A stretch of 64,000 bases of DNA from Candidatus Saccharimonadota bacterium (lineage in GTDB: Bacteria; Patescibacteriota; Saccharimonadia; Saccharimonadales; UBA10212). Positions within the stretch are counted from its first letter, which is position 1; each line of letters starts with the position of its first letter. The stretch spans positions 25,581 to 89,580 of the forward strand of contig JALHRM010000002.1 of the NCBI GenBank assembly GCA_022841445.1, in the 5' to 3' direction. Positions 1 to 7,951 of the stretch are shown here, piece after piece. The notes beneath the pieces are model-generated. The model did no database searches and was not told the origin of the DNA. It was given only the letters and a program-made list of their open reading frames with translations. Position numbers and translations under genes: made by a program.

Positions 1-19
1 TTTATAAAGGAGAAATGCC

Positions 20-1222
20 ATGTCTGAAATAGCAGCACCAAAACCAGAGCAACTTGTACTAGCAGATCGCTTGCATTCGCATTGGATGCTGGATGAGATG
101 TTAGTAAGTGAACTTTCGGTCGGTATCAGTGCTAAGGGTGCGGAAGATATAAGTCAAATTACGAGCTGGTTAGATGAAAGGCCAAGTGTTGTGGCTGCGC
201 GTGATAGAAACCGCGCAACTGTCACTGAAATATTCCAGGCCCAGTCCGACAAGCAGCTAATTATTATTGGGCCCTGTTCAATCGATATGGATACCGACTA
301 CGCTGAGCTATTTGACTACATTGAAGAATTGCAAATTGAACACCCTGACGCCATCATTGGGTTTCGCTGCAACGGCTCCAAGCCTCGAACTGGAAGAGGT
401 ACAACTGGTTTATTTTCTAAGTTAGGAGATGAACATCGTGAACGTCTTATTAAGGTATATCAAGAAGCTGCCGAACGAGGAATCCCAATTTTCGCAGAAA
501 TTACCGACCAGAATGAATTCAGCGCGCTAGCTCCATACTTAACTTGTGCTTGGCTTGGCGCACGAGACATGGCCTCTACCGCACTACGTAAACTATTCTC
601 AGCAACCAGACTACCGGTAATGGTAAAGAATGGATTAACTGAGGAGCTAGATTCATTAGAAAATGCAGTTATAACTATTAGATCATCGAGTGCTGACAAC
701 GATAACACTGGTGTCGACGTTGGTTTTATAGGACATTCATACACACACAATGGCATGCCAGTCGCTCTATCCGTGGGAGAAGGCAACCAAAATGTGGCAG
801 TTATCGCTCGCGGCTATGACTTACCGAAAAGTATGAAACCCAAAGACCGTGACCGCGCATCTGCAGAGCATCTGAGTGAGGTATGCGCTCTTGCACATAG
901 AATCGGATGTGTCGCGCTGCTGGACGGTTCACATGCGGTGCCACGAATGTTGGCAGTGGATAAGATAGAGGGGGAGACAGACACCAATCGCCTACTTAAG
1001 GTCTTGAAGTTCTTCCGTAGTCAAGCAAAGAGCGGTAATATCCTGCATGTTGAGAGAGTTCAGGGTTTGCTTGCCGAAGTCAGCAGCAACCGAGGAGCCA
1101 CAGATCCGAATCTAATAATTGATGATGCTAATAAGAAGGTGCTAAAAAATGAAATTCGTGCACTTAAAAAGCTACTTAAAGTTGGTACCGCGTTACTGCG
1201 CTGTGCCGAAGTTGAGGTATAA
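20..1222 (+). CDS. DAHP synthase-like protein (class I AroG/F/H-like, divergent, C-terminally extended)
   Basis: 400-aa ORF with AAGGAG 7 nt before the ATG. Blocks IIIGPCSI, SKPRT, LGARD and LLDGSHA line up by eye with the GPCSIHD / KPRTT / GARTTESQ / DxSHxN blocks of class I DAHP synthases. Confidence 0.55.
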   Translation: MSEIAAPKPEQLVLADRLHSHWMLDEMLVSELSVGISAKGAEDISQITSWLDERPSVVAARDRNRATVTEIFQAQSDKQLIIIGPCSIDMDTDYAELFDYIEELQIEHPDAIIGFRCNGSKPRTGRGTTGLFSKLGDEHRERLIKVYQEAAERGIPIFAEITDQNEFSALAPYLTCAWLGARDMASTALRKLFSATRLPVMVKNGLTEELDSLENAVITIRSSSADNDNTGVDVGFIGHSYTHNGMPVALSVGEGNQNVAVIARGYDLPKSMKPKDRDRASAEHLSEVCALAHRIGCVALLDGSHAVPRMLAVDKIEGETDTNRLLKVLKFFRSQAKSGNILHVERVQGLLAEVSSNRGATDPNLIIDDANKKVLKNEIRALKKLLKVGTALLRCAEVEV

Positions 1223-1230
1223 TACCAGCA

Positions 1231-2262
1231 ATGAATAAACCGGTTATTTTGACAGGTCTGAGGGTTAACAATGACTTGCACATAGGTAATTACTTCGGTG
1301 CATTGAAACCAATAATCGATATGACCAAGGATCATTCAGAGAAATACCAGGTTAACCTGTTTATTCCTGACCTGCATAGCTTCACAACCCCGATCAATCA
1401 CACAGAATTACAAACCCAGATTGTATCAACACTGCGCGCTTTTATTGCGGCCGGGCTGCCACTAGGCAGTCATGACGTGTATCTATATCGTCAGAGTTAT
1501 ATTCCAGCTCACAGTGAACTAACCTGGATACTAAGTTGTTTTACGGGCTTTGGTGAATTTGGGCGAATGGCTGAATTTAAAGACAAATCTGGAAGACTAG
1601 GTGTTGATCATATTGGGGTAGGACAATTTGTATACCCAGCACTACAAGCGGCTGATATTTTACTGTATAACGCGCAATATATACCAGTTGGCGAAGATCA
1701 GCGACAACATATTGAGTACGCTCGAAATATTGCGGAACGCATGAACAATAAATTCGGCGAACAACTATTCAATCTACCAAGCTCCATGGAAGAAATGTAT
1801 AAGTTCTTTAATAGAAAACAAGGCCTGCGCATCAGAGACTTGGTAGACCCGACCAAGAAAATGAGCAAAAGTGGCGATTCGAGTAGGGGAGCTATTTTTC
1901 TGAGTGATAGACCGGAAGATGCAGCCAAAAAGATTATGTCGGCCACCACAGATTCGTTAGAAGATATTCAATACGACTATGACACACGCCCTGGAATCAG
2001 CAACCTACTCGATATCTTAAAAATACTCGGCGGAGACGCAAGTAGTTTTATCGGACAAAAGCAGTACGGGCTCTTGAAGACTGCTGTGGCCGAAGCGGTC
2101 AGTATATTCCTTAGTGATTTTCAATCAAAACTTGAACAAGTTGATGATGGCGCAATTGCAGCAAAGCTAACTGTATCAGAGAAAGCAATGAACGTCGTCG
2201 CTAATAATACACTTCTAAAAGTTCAACGTGCTGTTGGTTTACGGTCTACTAAAGAGACATGA
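1231..2262 (+). CDS. trpS: tryptophanyl-tRNA synthetase
   Basis: 343 aa. Class I aaRS HIGH-type motif (LHIGNYFG) and KMSKS. The GEDQRQHIE block and the length are typical of TrpRS. Confidence 0.9.
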   Translation: MNKPVILTGLRVNNDLHIGNYFGALKPIIDMTKDHSEKYQVNLFIPDLHSFTTPINHTELQTQIVSTLRAFIAAGLPLGSHDVYLYRQSYIPAHSELTWILSCFTGFGEFGRMAEFKDKSGRLGVDHIGVGQFVYPALQAADILLYNAQYIPVGEDQRQHIEYARNIAERMNNKFGEQLFNLPSSMEEMYKFFNRKQGLRIRDLVDPTKKMSKSGDSSRGAIFLSDRPEDAAKKIMSATTDSLEDIQYDYDTRPGISNLLDILKILGGDASSFIGQKQYGLLKTAVAEAVSIFLSDFQSKLEQVDDGAIAAKLTVSEKAMNVVANNTLLKVQRAVGLRSTKET

Positions 2263-3128
2263 AGTCTTTTATTATCTCAGAAGAGCATGCCGGCAAGCGG
2301 CTGGATGTGTACTTAACGGAGCAATTCCCGGAAAATACACGGGCATCACTACAAAAGCTATTTGAGCTAGGTAACATAAAAATCAGGGACAACCAGGCAA
2401 AGCCTGGCGTGAAGTTGCGTGAAGGTGATGTGGTGTCGGTTGATGATGCTCCGCTGCAACTTACCCCTAAAGAAATAAATCTGCCTATACTGTACGAGGA
2501 CGACGATGTTCTTGTTGTTGATAAGCCGACTGGGGTTTTGAGTCATGCCAAAGGTGGGTTTTCCGATGAAGGTACGGTTGCCTCTTTCTGCCAGAAATAC
2601 TACTCGCTAGGCACCGACGAGGTGCTTACAAACCGGTCCGGCATTGTGCACCGGCTTGACCGCGATACAAGCGGCGTGATGGTAGTTGCGAAGCACGCTG
2701 CCGCACAGAAATGGCTACAAAAACAATTTGCCACTCGCAATGTTAAAAAAACATACCATGCATTAGTAGCGGGTGTCCCTGATCCTGCTGAAGCAGTCAT
2801 CGATGCACCTATTGCTCGAAACCCAAAAAAGCCTCAGTCTTTCATGGTTAAGAGCAATGGTAAGTCCGCCAGAACACAGTACAAGGTGCAGGCGATTGGT
2901 AAAGCTTGCCTTCTTGAGCTGCGCCCAGAAACCGGCAGAACACATCAAATTAGAGTTCACCTTGCTTATATTAGACATCCAATCATTGGCGACAGGGTAT
3001 ACGGTAAATCAGCGGAGCGCCTGTTTTTGCATGCCACTAAGTTGGAGCTTACTCTGCCAAACCGCGCGCGTACTACTTTTGAGTCATCCTTACCCAAGCA
3101 GTTTACGGAAAAAGTGCATGATGTTTGA
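2259..3128 (+). CDS. RluA/RluD-family 23S rRNA pseudouridine synthase
   Basis: 289 aa with an N-terminal S4-like region. HRLDRDTSGVMVVAK is the catalytic-Asp motif. ATGA start/stop overlap with trpS. Confidence 0.85.
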   Translation: MKSFIISEEHAGKRLDVYLTEQFPENTRASLQKLFELGNIKIRDNQAKPGVKLREGDVVSVDDAPLQLTPKEINLPILYEDDDVLVVDKPTGVLSHAKGGFSDEGTVASFCQKYYSLGTDEVLTNRSGIVHRLDRDTSGVMVVAKHAAAQKWLQKQFATRNVKKTYHALVAGVPDPAEAVIDAPIARNPKKPQSFMVKSNGKSARTQYKVQAIGKACLLELRPETGRTHQIRVHLAYIRHPIIGDRVYGKSAERLFLHATKLELTLPNRARTTFESSLPKQFTEKVHDV

Positions 3129-3999
3129 AACGCTGCTATTGCATAGCCGTACTCGGAGTGCACTCGAGCGCTTTATGGCGATGCCATCGCAGGTTTTGAC
3201 TATCAGCGGTGCGCAGGGTGCAGGTAAAACGGCGATAGCCCATGAAATTTTGCAACTCCTAATCCACGCTCCTGGTGAATCGTCCAAGTCTATACTCAGT
3301 GATCCTCGCTTGTATCGGTTAGAGGTACGAGAGAAATCTACCATTGGAATAGAAGAGGTTCGCGAACTGGTGCATTTTCTCAGCATACGGGCAACCGATC
3401 GTTCAGATTGGAATCGATTCATTCTAATAGAAAATTCTGGGCTGCTGAGTATCGAAGCTCAAAACGCCCTACTGAAATCATTAGAATCTTTGCCTAACGG
3501 TGTGATGGTTATTATGCTGGCAGAACGGCCGGACCAGTTACTTGAGACTGTGCGATCCAGGTCCCAATTTATTACAGTGCTGCCAGTAACATATACCAGT
3601 GCCGCAAATTACTTTCAGAGCGACTACAGTGAATCAGAAATCAAAGCCGCCTATGCACTTAGTGGTGGGCATGCCGGACTGTTACTAACACTACTGAGCG
3701 ATAAGGATAATCCGAATCAAGCAGGTGCAGATCTGGCTAAGAAAATTCTGGCAGAAACTACTTTTCAGCGTTTACTAAGAATAAATGACTTAAGTTCTGA
3801 TACTGACAAATTTGAGCATGTACTTAGCGGCTTGCAGCGTATTCTTGGCATACTACATGCCTCGGCTATAAATCGTGATACTACAGGGGCGGCAAATTCC
3901 TTTTTATTGAAACGCAGGACAGTCAACTATGTACAGCAGGCGCTAAAACAGCGCAGCAATCCAAAACTCTCAGCCTGTTACTTGCTTATAAACTTGTAG
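3118..3999 (+). CDS. holB: DNA polymerase III delta-prime subunit (clamp-loader AAA+ like)
   Basis: ISGAQGAGKT P-loop-like segment and clamp-loader layout. The ORF-track start 2773 lies inside the rluD-like gene, so I chose ATG 3118, which overlaps that gene's stop. Confidence 0.6.
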   Translation: MMFETLLLHSRTRSALERFMAMPSQVLTISGAQGAGKTAIAHEILQLLIHAPGESSKSILSDPRLYRLEVREKSTIGIEEVRELVHFLSIRATDRSDWNRFILIENSGLLSIEAQNALLKSLESLPNGVMVIMLAERPDQLLETVRSRSQFITVLPVTYTSAANYFQSDYSESEIKAAYALSGGHAGLLLTLLSDKDNPNQAGADLAKKILAETTFQRLLRINDLSSDTDKFEHVLSGLQRILGILHASAINRDTTGAANSFLLKRRTVNYVQQALKQRSNPKLSACYLLINL

Positions 4000-4017
4000 T
4001 GGTATAATTGTGGGCGT

Positions 4018-4671
4018 ATGTATGCAATGCTATTTGTCGCAATCCTTGGGCTTTATATGCTCCGGAACGCACACCGCAACGAACATGAACTTATTATCAT
4101 CCCCAGAAGACTTAGTGACCGCTTAACGCGGTTATGGGAAATTGCTCATCAAGGGATGCGTGAGAATCGGTTTTTGCGCGCTGAAAAGGCGTTACTCACA
4201 ATTCTTAAAATAGATCACAAGAATGCCGCTGCTTACAACAGGTTAGGTATTCTGTACGCAAAACAGAAAGAATTTAAGGACGCTATTGATTGTTTCGAAA
4301 TTGCCAGTAGTATCGAGCCAACCGCCTCAAGTCTGCACAACCTGGGGCTTATATATTACGAAACCGAAAATTACGCAAAAGCAGCAACCGCATTTGAACA
4401 AGCCTTGAAGCTTGAAGATTCGCTAGCTGCTCGGCACATCGCCTACGCAAAAGTGCAGGAAAAAATTGGTAATGTAAAATTAATGATTCGGGAACTTGAG
4501 ATTGCATCTGACCTTGAAACCAATCCAGAAACACTGACACTATTACAAAAAGCATATGAGTCGCACGATATGATTGAAGAAGCCAAATCAATTGAACGCC
4601 GTTTGTCGACGCTCATCATGCCAGCAGGGAAGTCAAAGCGTATTTTGCGCCCTAAACGGGTTGTCATTTAA
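4018..4671 (+). CDS. membrane-anchored TPR-repeat protein
   Basis: 217 aa. N-terminal hydrophobic helix, then three to four 34-residue TPR-like repeats (AAYNRLGILYAKQKEFKDAIDCFEIA, LHNLGLIYYETENYAKAATAFEQALKL). Confidence 0.7.
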   Translation: MYAMLFVAILGLYMLRNAHRNEHELIIIPRRLSDRLTRLWEIAHQGMRENRFLRAEKALLTILKIDHKNAAAYNRLGILYAKQKEFKDAIDCFEIASSIEPTASSLHNLGLIYYETENYAKAATAFEQALKLEDSLAARHIAYAKVQEKIGNVKLMIRELEIASDLETNPETLTLLQKAYESHDMIEEAKSIERRLSTLIMPAGKSKRILRPKRVVI

Positions 4672-4823
4672 AAATAGTGAGACAAGTCTGCTGTTTTTTT
4701 CATTTCCCGTGCACGAAATAAATTCGATGCTTGGGCTGTTATTTGCGTGAAGAATGAAGTTAAAAGTTTGATATTTAACCCCTGTTTTGCTACACTTGCC
4801 GGGTACTTTGACTGCACATAAGC

Positions 4824-4900
4824 GCCACCTTAGCTCAGCTGGTTAGAGCATCGGTTTTGTAAACCGAGGGTCGTCGGTTCGAATCCGACAGGTGGCTCCA
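4824..4900 (+). tRNA. tRNA-Thr (anticodon TGT), CCA encoded
   Basis: Folded by hand into a cloverleaf. Acceptor GCCACCT/AGGTGGC, D stem GCTC/GAGC, anticodon stem TCGGT/ACCGA with loop TTTGTAA, T arm GTCGG-TTCGAAT-CCGAC. Confidence 0.9.
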
Positions 4901-5007
4901 TTTAAGTACATTGCGAGAGTACTTAAGTCTTAGTTTGCATGTGAGGTGCAGTCTAAGAGGTGTTAGCATTAGCTTGAGTGGCCTTGCTGCCCTTAAGCTA
5001 ATAGCGT

Positions 5008-5092
5008 GCAGGGTTAGTGAAGCGGTCAAACACGGCTGACTGTAAATCAGCTCCCTACGGGTTCGGGGGTTCGAATCCCTCACCCTGCACCA
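5008..5092 (+). tRNA. tRNA-Tyr (anticodon GTA), long variable arm, CCA encoded
   Basis: Acceptor GCAGGGT/ACCCTGC, anticodon stem GCTGA/TCAGC with loop CTGTAAA, 13-nt variable arm, T arm GGGGG-TTCGAAT-CCCTC. Confidence 0.9.
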
Positions 5093-5141
5093 AATATATG
5101 CATTTCGAAAGAAGTCTTCTTGTTTGTTATGATATGAGCGT

Positions 5142-6275
5142 ATGAAGTTGAAGCAAAAGCATAGCAGTAGTACGCTAAGTACTCTAAAAAAATGGATTGT
5201 ATCCCACCGAGTAATCTCTCTTATCATTACTTCAATAGTAATATTGTTTATTGGCGGAGTTACATTTGCCCTCACTGCTCAACCCAGTGACGTAAAGTCC
5301 GCTAAAAACCCCAATCAAGTACAAAGTAACCTACCGCACACCAGGCTTAACGTGGAATCTGATCCTAATGGTTTAACTATGCAAAGTGAACAAGACTGTG
5401 ATAGTGAGAAACTTCAACAAATTACTCCATATACTTGTGCGAAGGTCGGCGCGTTCACTGCCGTCGTAAACGCTCCAGGATCTGTAAGTGTTAATGGCAC
5501 AACCTACCATTTCAAGACCTGGGATGGTTGTAGCGAGTCAAATGAAGACAAAAAAATCTGCAAGGTAGTAATCTCCGAAAAAGAAACAAAAATAATTAAA
5601 GCGGTCTACGAAATTAAGACAGGACAGCAATCAGTTACGACTTCTAAAACCATTGGAAAAAATGATACTGTATGTAAAACCTCATCAGCTCCAACTCAAA
5701 CCCTTGGTTTCGGGAAAGGACCAGGTAGCGCTTACTCATCATCTACCGGAAAGGATATGATTTGCACAATGAAATTCGAGGATATACCTGCAGGCGGTAT
5801 ACTTCAGAGCGAGCAGGTTGTTTATGCGAGCAAAAAGTTCACCAGCTGTGCTGATCTATGCAGTAAATACGACGCATACAACATGGGAACGTATTGGAAC
5901 CAGTATCGCATCGCTGGTCTCAGAACTTGCAGCTTTAACGGCATGGCAGGAGATTGTGGTTCTGCGGTAAGTTCGGGTAACGAGAATCTTCGCTCATTCA
6001 CAAAACCTGTAGAACTCACTTTTCGTGGCTTTGAGGTCTATGATGAGTACTATGGAGCAAGCGGTGACGGTTGCTATTATTACTATTGTCTTTCCAGGTC
6101 TACTTTTGATCGCTGGTCCGTGGTATACGAACCATCTACTAGTAGCGGGCTTACAAAAATAAAGATCATTGCCTACTATACACAAGAAGTGTTTTATGAC
6201 CCTACACAAGAACTTGTTACAGACTGGCAGAAGCAACAGAAGACATACTTTCAAAAGGGATTCGATGATTATTAG
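5142..6275 (+). CDS. hypothetical N-terminally anchored extracellular cysteine-rich protein
   Basis: 377 aa. One hydrophobic helix (ISLIITSIVILFIGGVTFAL), then a Ser/Thr/Gly/Tyr-rich region with 12 Cys. I recognise no family. Confidence 0.6.
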   Translation: MKLKQKHSSSTLSTLKKWIVSHRVISLIITSIVILFIGGVTFALTAQPSDVKSAKNPNQVQSNLPHTRLNVESDPNGLTMQSEQDCDSEKLQQITPYTCAKVGAFTAVVNAPGSVSVNGTTYHFKTWDGCSESNEDKKICKVVISEKETKIIKAVYEIKTGQQSVTTSKTIGKNDTVCKTSSAPTQTLGFGKGPGSAYSSSTGKDMICTMKFEDIPAGGILQSEQVVYASKKFTSCADLCSKYDAYNMGTYWNQYRIAGLRTCSFNGMAGDCGSAVSSGNENLRSFTKPVELTFRGFEVYDEYYGASGDGCYYYYCLSRSTFDRWSVVYEPSTSSGLTKIKIIAYYTQEVFYDPTQELVTDWQKQQKTYFQKGFDDY

Positions 6276-6337
6276 AAATAATACTATATGAGAGACGTTC
6301 TAACCTCAGCAATGATACTGCACTAAATTCCGCGTAC

Positions 6338-6362
6338 GCTCATCATCCGATGAGCCTTTTTG
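6338..6362 (+). terminator. intrinsic terminator after the Cys-rich gene
   Basis: GCTCATC-ATCC-GATGAGC hairpin followed by CTTTTTGTTT. Confidence 0.6.
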
Positions 6363-6379
6363 TTTGGTATCATAGAGGT

Positions 6380-6715
6380 ATGGACTTGCAATCACTTCAG
6401 CAGCGCGCACTAGATATTCGGGATAAATACGACAAGCTTAACACAGATAAAAGAGGCGTGATTTGGAACGAACAGCAAATCATGGCTGGCTTTGTTGGGG
6501 ACGTTGGTGATTTGTCGAAAGTTATTATGGCTAAGCATGGTCTGCGAGATATGGACGATGTTGATTCAAAGTTAGCGCATGAACTTAGTGACTGCCTGTG
6601 GTCTATTCTGGTGATTGCTGCTAAATATGAAGTAGACCTCGCTAAAGAATTTATGGAAACAATGGACGAGCTCGATATACGCATAGGACGTGAATTAAAA
6701 AGTAGTGGTCGCTAA
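6380..6715 (+). CDS. MazG-like nucleotide pyrophosphohydrolase (small all-alpha NTP-PPase)
   Basis: Segments FVGDVGDLSKVI and LAHELSDCLWSILVIAAKYEVDL are typical of MazG/YpjD-type domains. The ORF-track ATG at 6350 sits inside the upstream terminator hairpin, so ATG 6380 is preferred. Confidence 0.6.
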   Translation: MDLQSLQQRALDIRDKYDKLNTDKRGVIWNEQQIMAGFVGDVGDLSKVIMAKHGLRDMDDVDSKLAHELSDCLWSILVIAAKYEVDLAKEFMETMDELDIRIGRELKSSGR

Positions 6716-7311
6716 TTGGCCAAGTACTTCGGCACAGAGTAGTTTTTGAACTGAGCGTAAAGGCCTTTGGAGTAAATCAAGCGGTAGAAGCACTCTGCTT
6801 CCCACTTTGCGCCATTAAGGGCGTTGTGTGGGGTTGGCTCAAGCGGCAGACCGCAAAATGGGTAGATGCTATCCACATCCATAACCGACCACCCGTCTGT
6901 TAGCGGTACCAACTTCTTCAGTGACAGCATTTTAGCGTAAGCTATTGAGTGAAGATCTACCGATCTTCGATGAAGCCTAAGTGCCGAACGAGTCTGCTCG
7001 GCTTTAGCGTTTAGAAAAGGTACATCAAACGCCGCCACGTGTAACCCAGCAATTACCTTTACGGAACGCTGTTTGAGCCATCTGTCAAACTGGTCTATGG
7101 CTTCTCTTGGTCTTGGCTTGGCAGGGTCTTTTATATTCTGCTTGTCAAATCCGTTCACATATAGTGCGTTTTTATCATAAGTTTCCCCACGCCTTAAGCG
7201 ACATTCGATATAGAATATCTCTTTTGGTCGCATAAGATCAACCGCACCAATCGACAACAAACCATGTTCGTTCGGATTTAATCCGGAAGTTTCGATATCG
7301 AGCACTACCAT
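6712..7311 (-). CDS. DnaQ-like 3'-5' exonuclease domain protein
   Basis: 199 aa. MVVLDIETSGL ExoI motif, plus later Asp and His blocks of the DEDD fold. Confidence 0.7.
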   Translation of the reverse strand: MVVLDIETSGLNPNEHGLLSIGAVDLMRPKEIFYIECRLRRGETYDKNALYVNGFDKQNIKDPAKPRPREAIDQFDRWLKQRSVKVIAGLHVAAFDVPFLNAKAEQTRSALRLHRRSVDLHSIAYAKMLSLKKLVPLTDGWSVMDVDSIYPFCGLPLEPTPHNALNGAKWEAECFYRLIYSKGLYAQFKNYSVPKYLAN

Positions 7312-7381
7312 TTGATATGATTATAGCAAGCCACACTTTGCCGGTGCCGGCATTGTTTGTTACAATACTTCGGTCAATCTT

Positions 7382-7456
<75 letters not shown>

Positions 7457-7466
7457 GGAGACTATT

Positions 7467-7679
7467 ATGAATAAAGAGATACGCAGGTTGTATCGAAACA
7501 CTAACGACAAAGTAATTGCTGGGGTGTGTTCTGGTATGGGTGACTATTTGCGGCTAGACCCTGTATTGGTTCGTCTGATTATGATTGCGCTAGCGTTTGC
7601 CGGCGGAGCAGGTATCGCTGTATACATTGTGGCGTGGCTGATCGTACCAGAAAGTCCAAAGGCTTCTGACAAGGGTTGA
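7467..7679 (+). CDS. PspC-domain membrane protein
   Basis: 70 aa. LYRNTNDKVIAGVCSGMGDYLRLDPVLVRL is the PspC-domain signature, followed by one TM helix. Confidence 0.75.
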   Translation: MNKEIRRLYRNTNDKVIAGVCSGMGDYLRLDPVLVRLIMIALAFAGGAGIAVYIVAWLIVPESPKASDKG

Positions 7680-7733
7680 ATATAGTAACCGAAACTGTTA
7701 GAATAGTAGAAATTATTACAATAAGGATTCGTA

Positions 7734-7940
7734 ATGGGCAAGAAAAATGATAAGCGTAAAGTACTAGGATTGGTCTGTGCCGCCTGCGAGCAGAGACACT
7801 ACTACTCTACAAAAAATACCCAGAACACTCCTGACAAACTTGAAGTTAAAAAGTACTGTCCAGCGAAAAGAATGCCAGCCTTACAGGTCGAAACCAAGAA
7901 AAATCTTGGCCGCAACGAAGTAAAACCCCGCAAACACTAG
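7734..7940 (+). CDS. rpmG: 50S ribosomal protein L33 (atypical, C-terminally extended)
   Basis: 68 aa. The pattern CAACEQRHYYSTKNTQNTPDKLEVKKYCP matches the L33 zinc-ribbon layout. Confidence 0.75.
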   Translation: MGKKNDKRKVLGLVCAACEQRHYYSTKNTQNTPDKLEVKKYCPAKRMPALQVETKKNLGRNEVKPRKH

Positions 7941-7951
7941 CTCTCGCTAAT

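Noticed and set aside
2773-3117. The 115-codon N-terminal extension of the holB ORF given in the ORF track.
   Set aside because: It lies entirely within the rluD-like gene in another frame and has an odd Leu/Ser/Cys-rich composition. The conserved clamp-loader sequence begins at ATG 3118.
4835-5275. 146-aa minus-strand ORF.
   Set aside because: It runs antisense across the tRNA-Thr and tRNA-Tyr genes and their spacer. It is an artefact of an open frame.
6350-6379. ATG 6350 as the start of the MazG-like gene.
   Set aside because: The codon lies inside the 3' arm of the upstream terminator hairpin (6338-6362). ATG 6380 gives a product of typical length.
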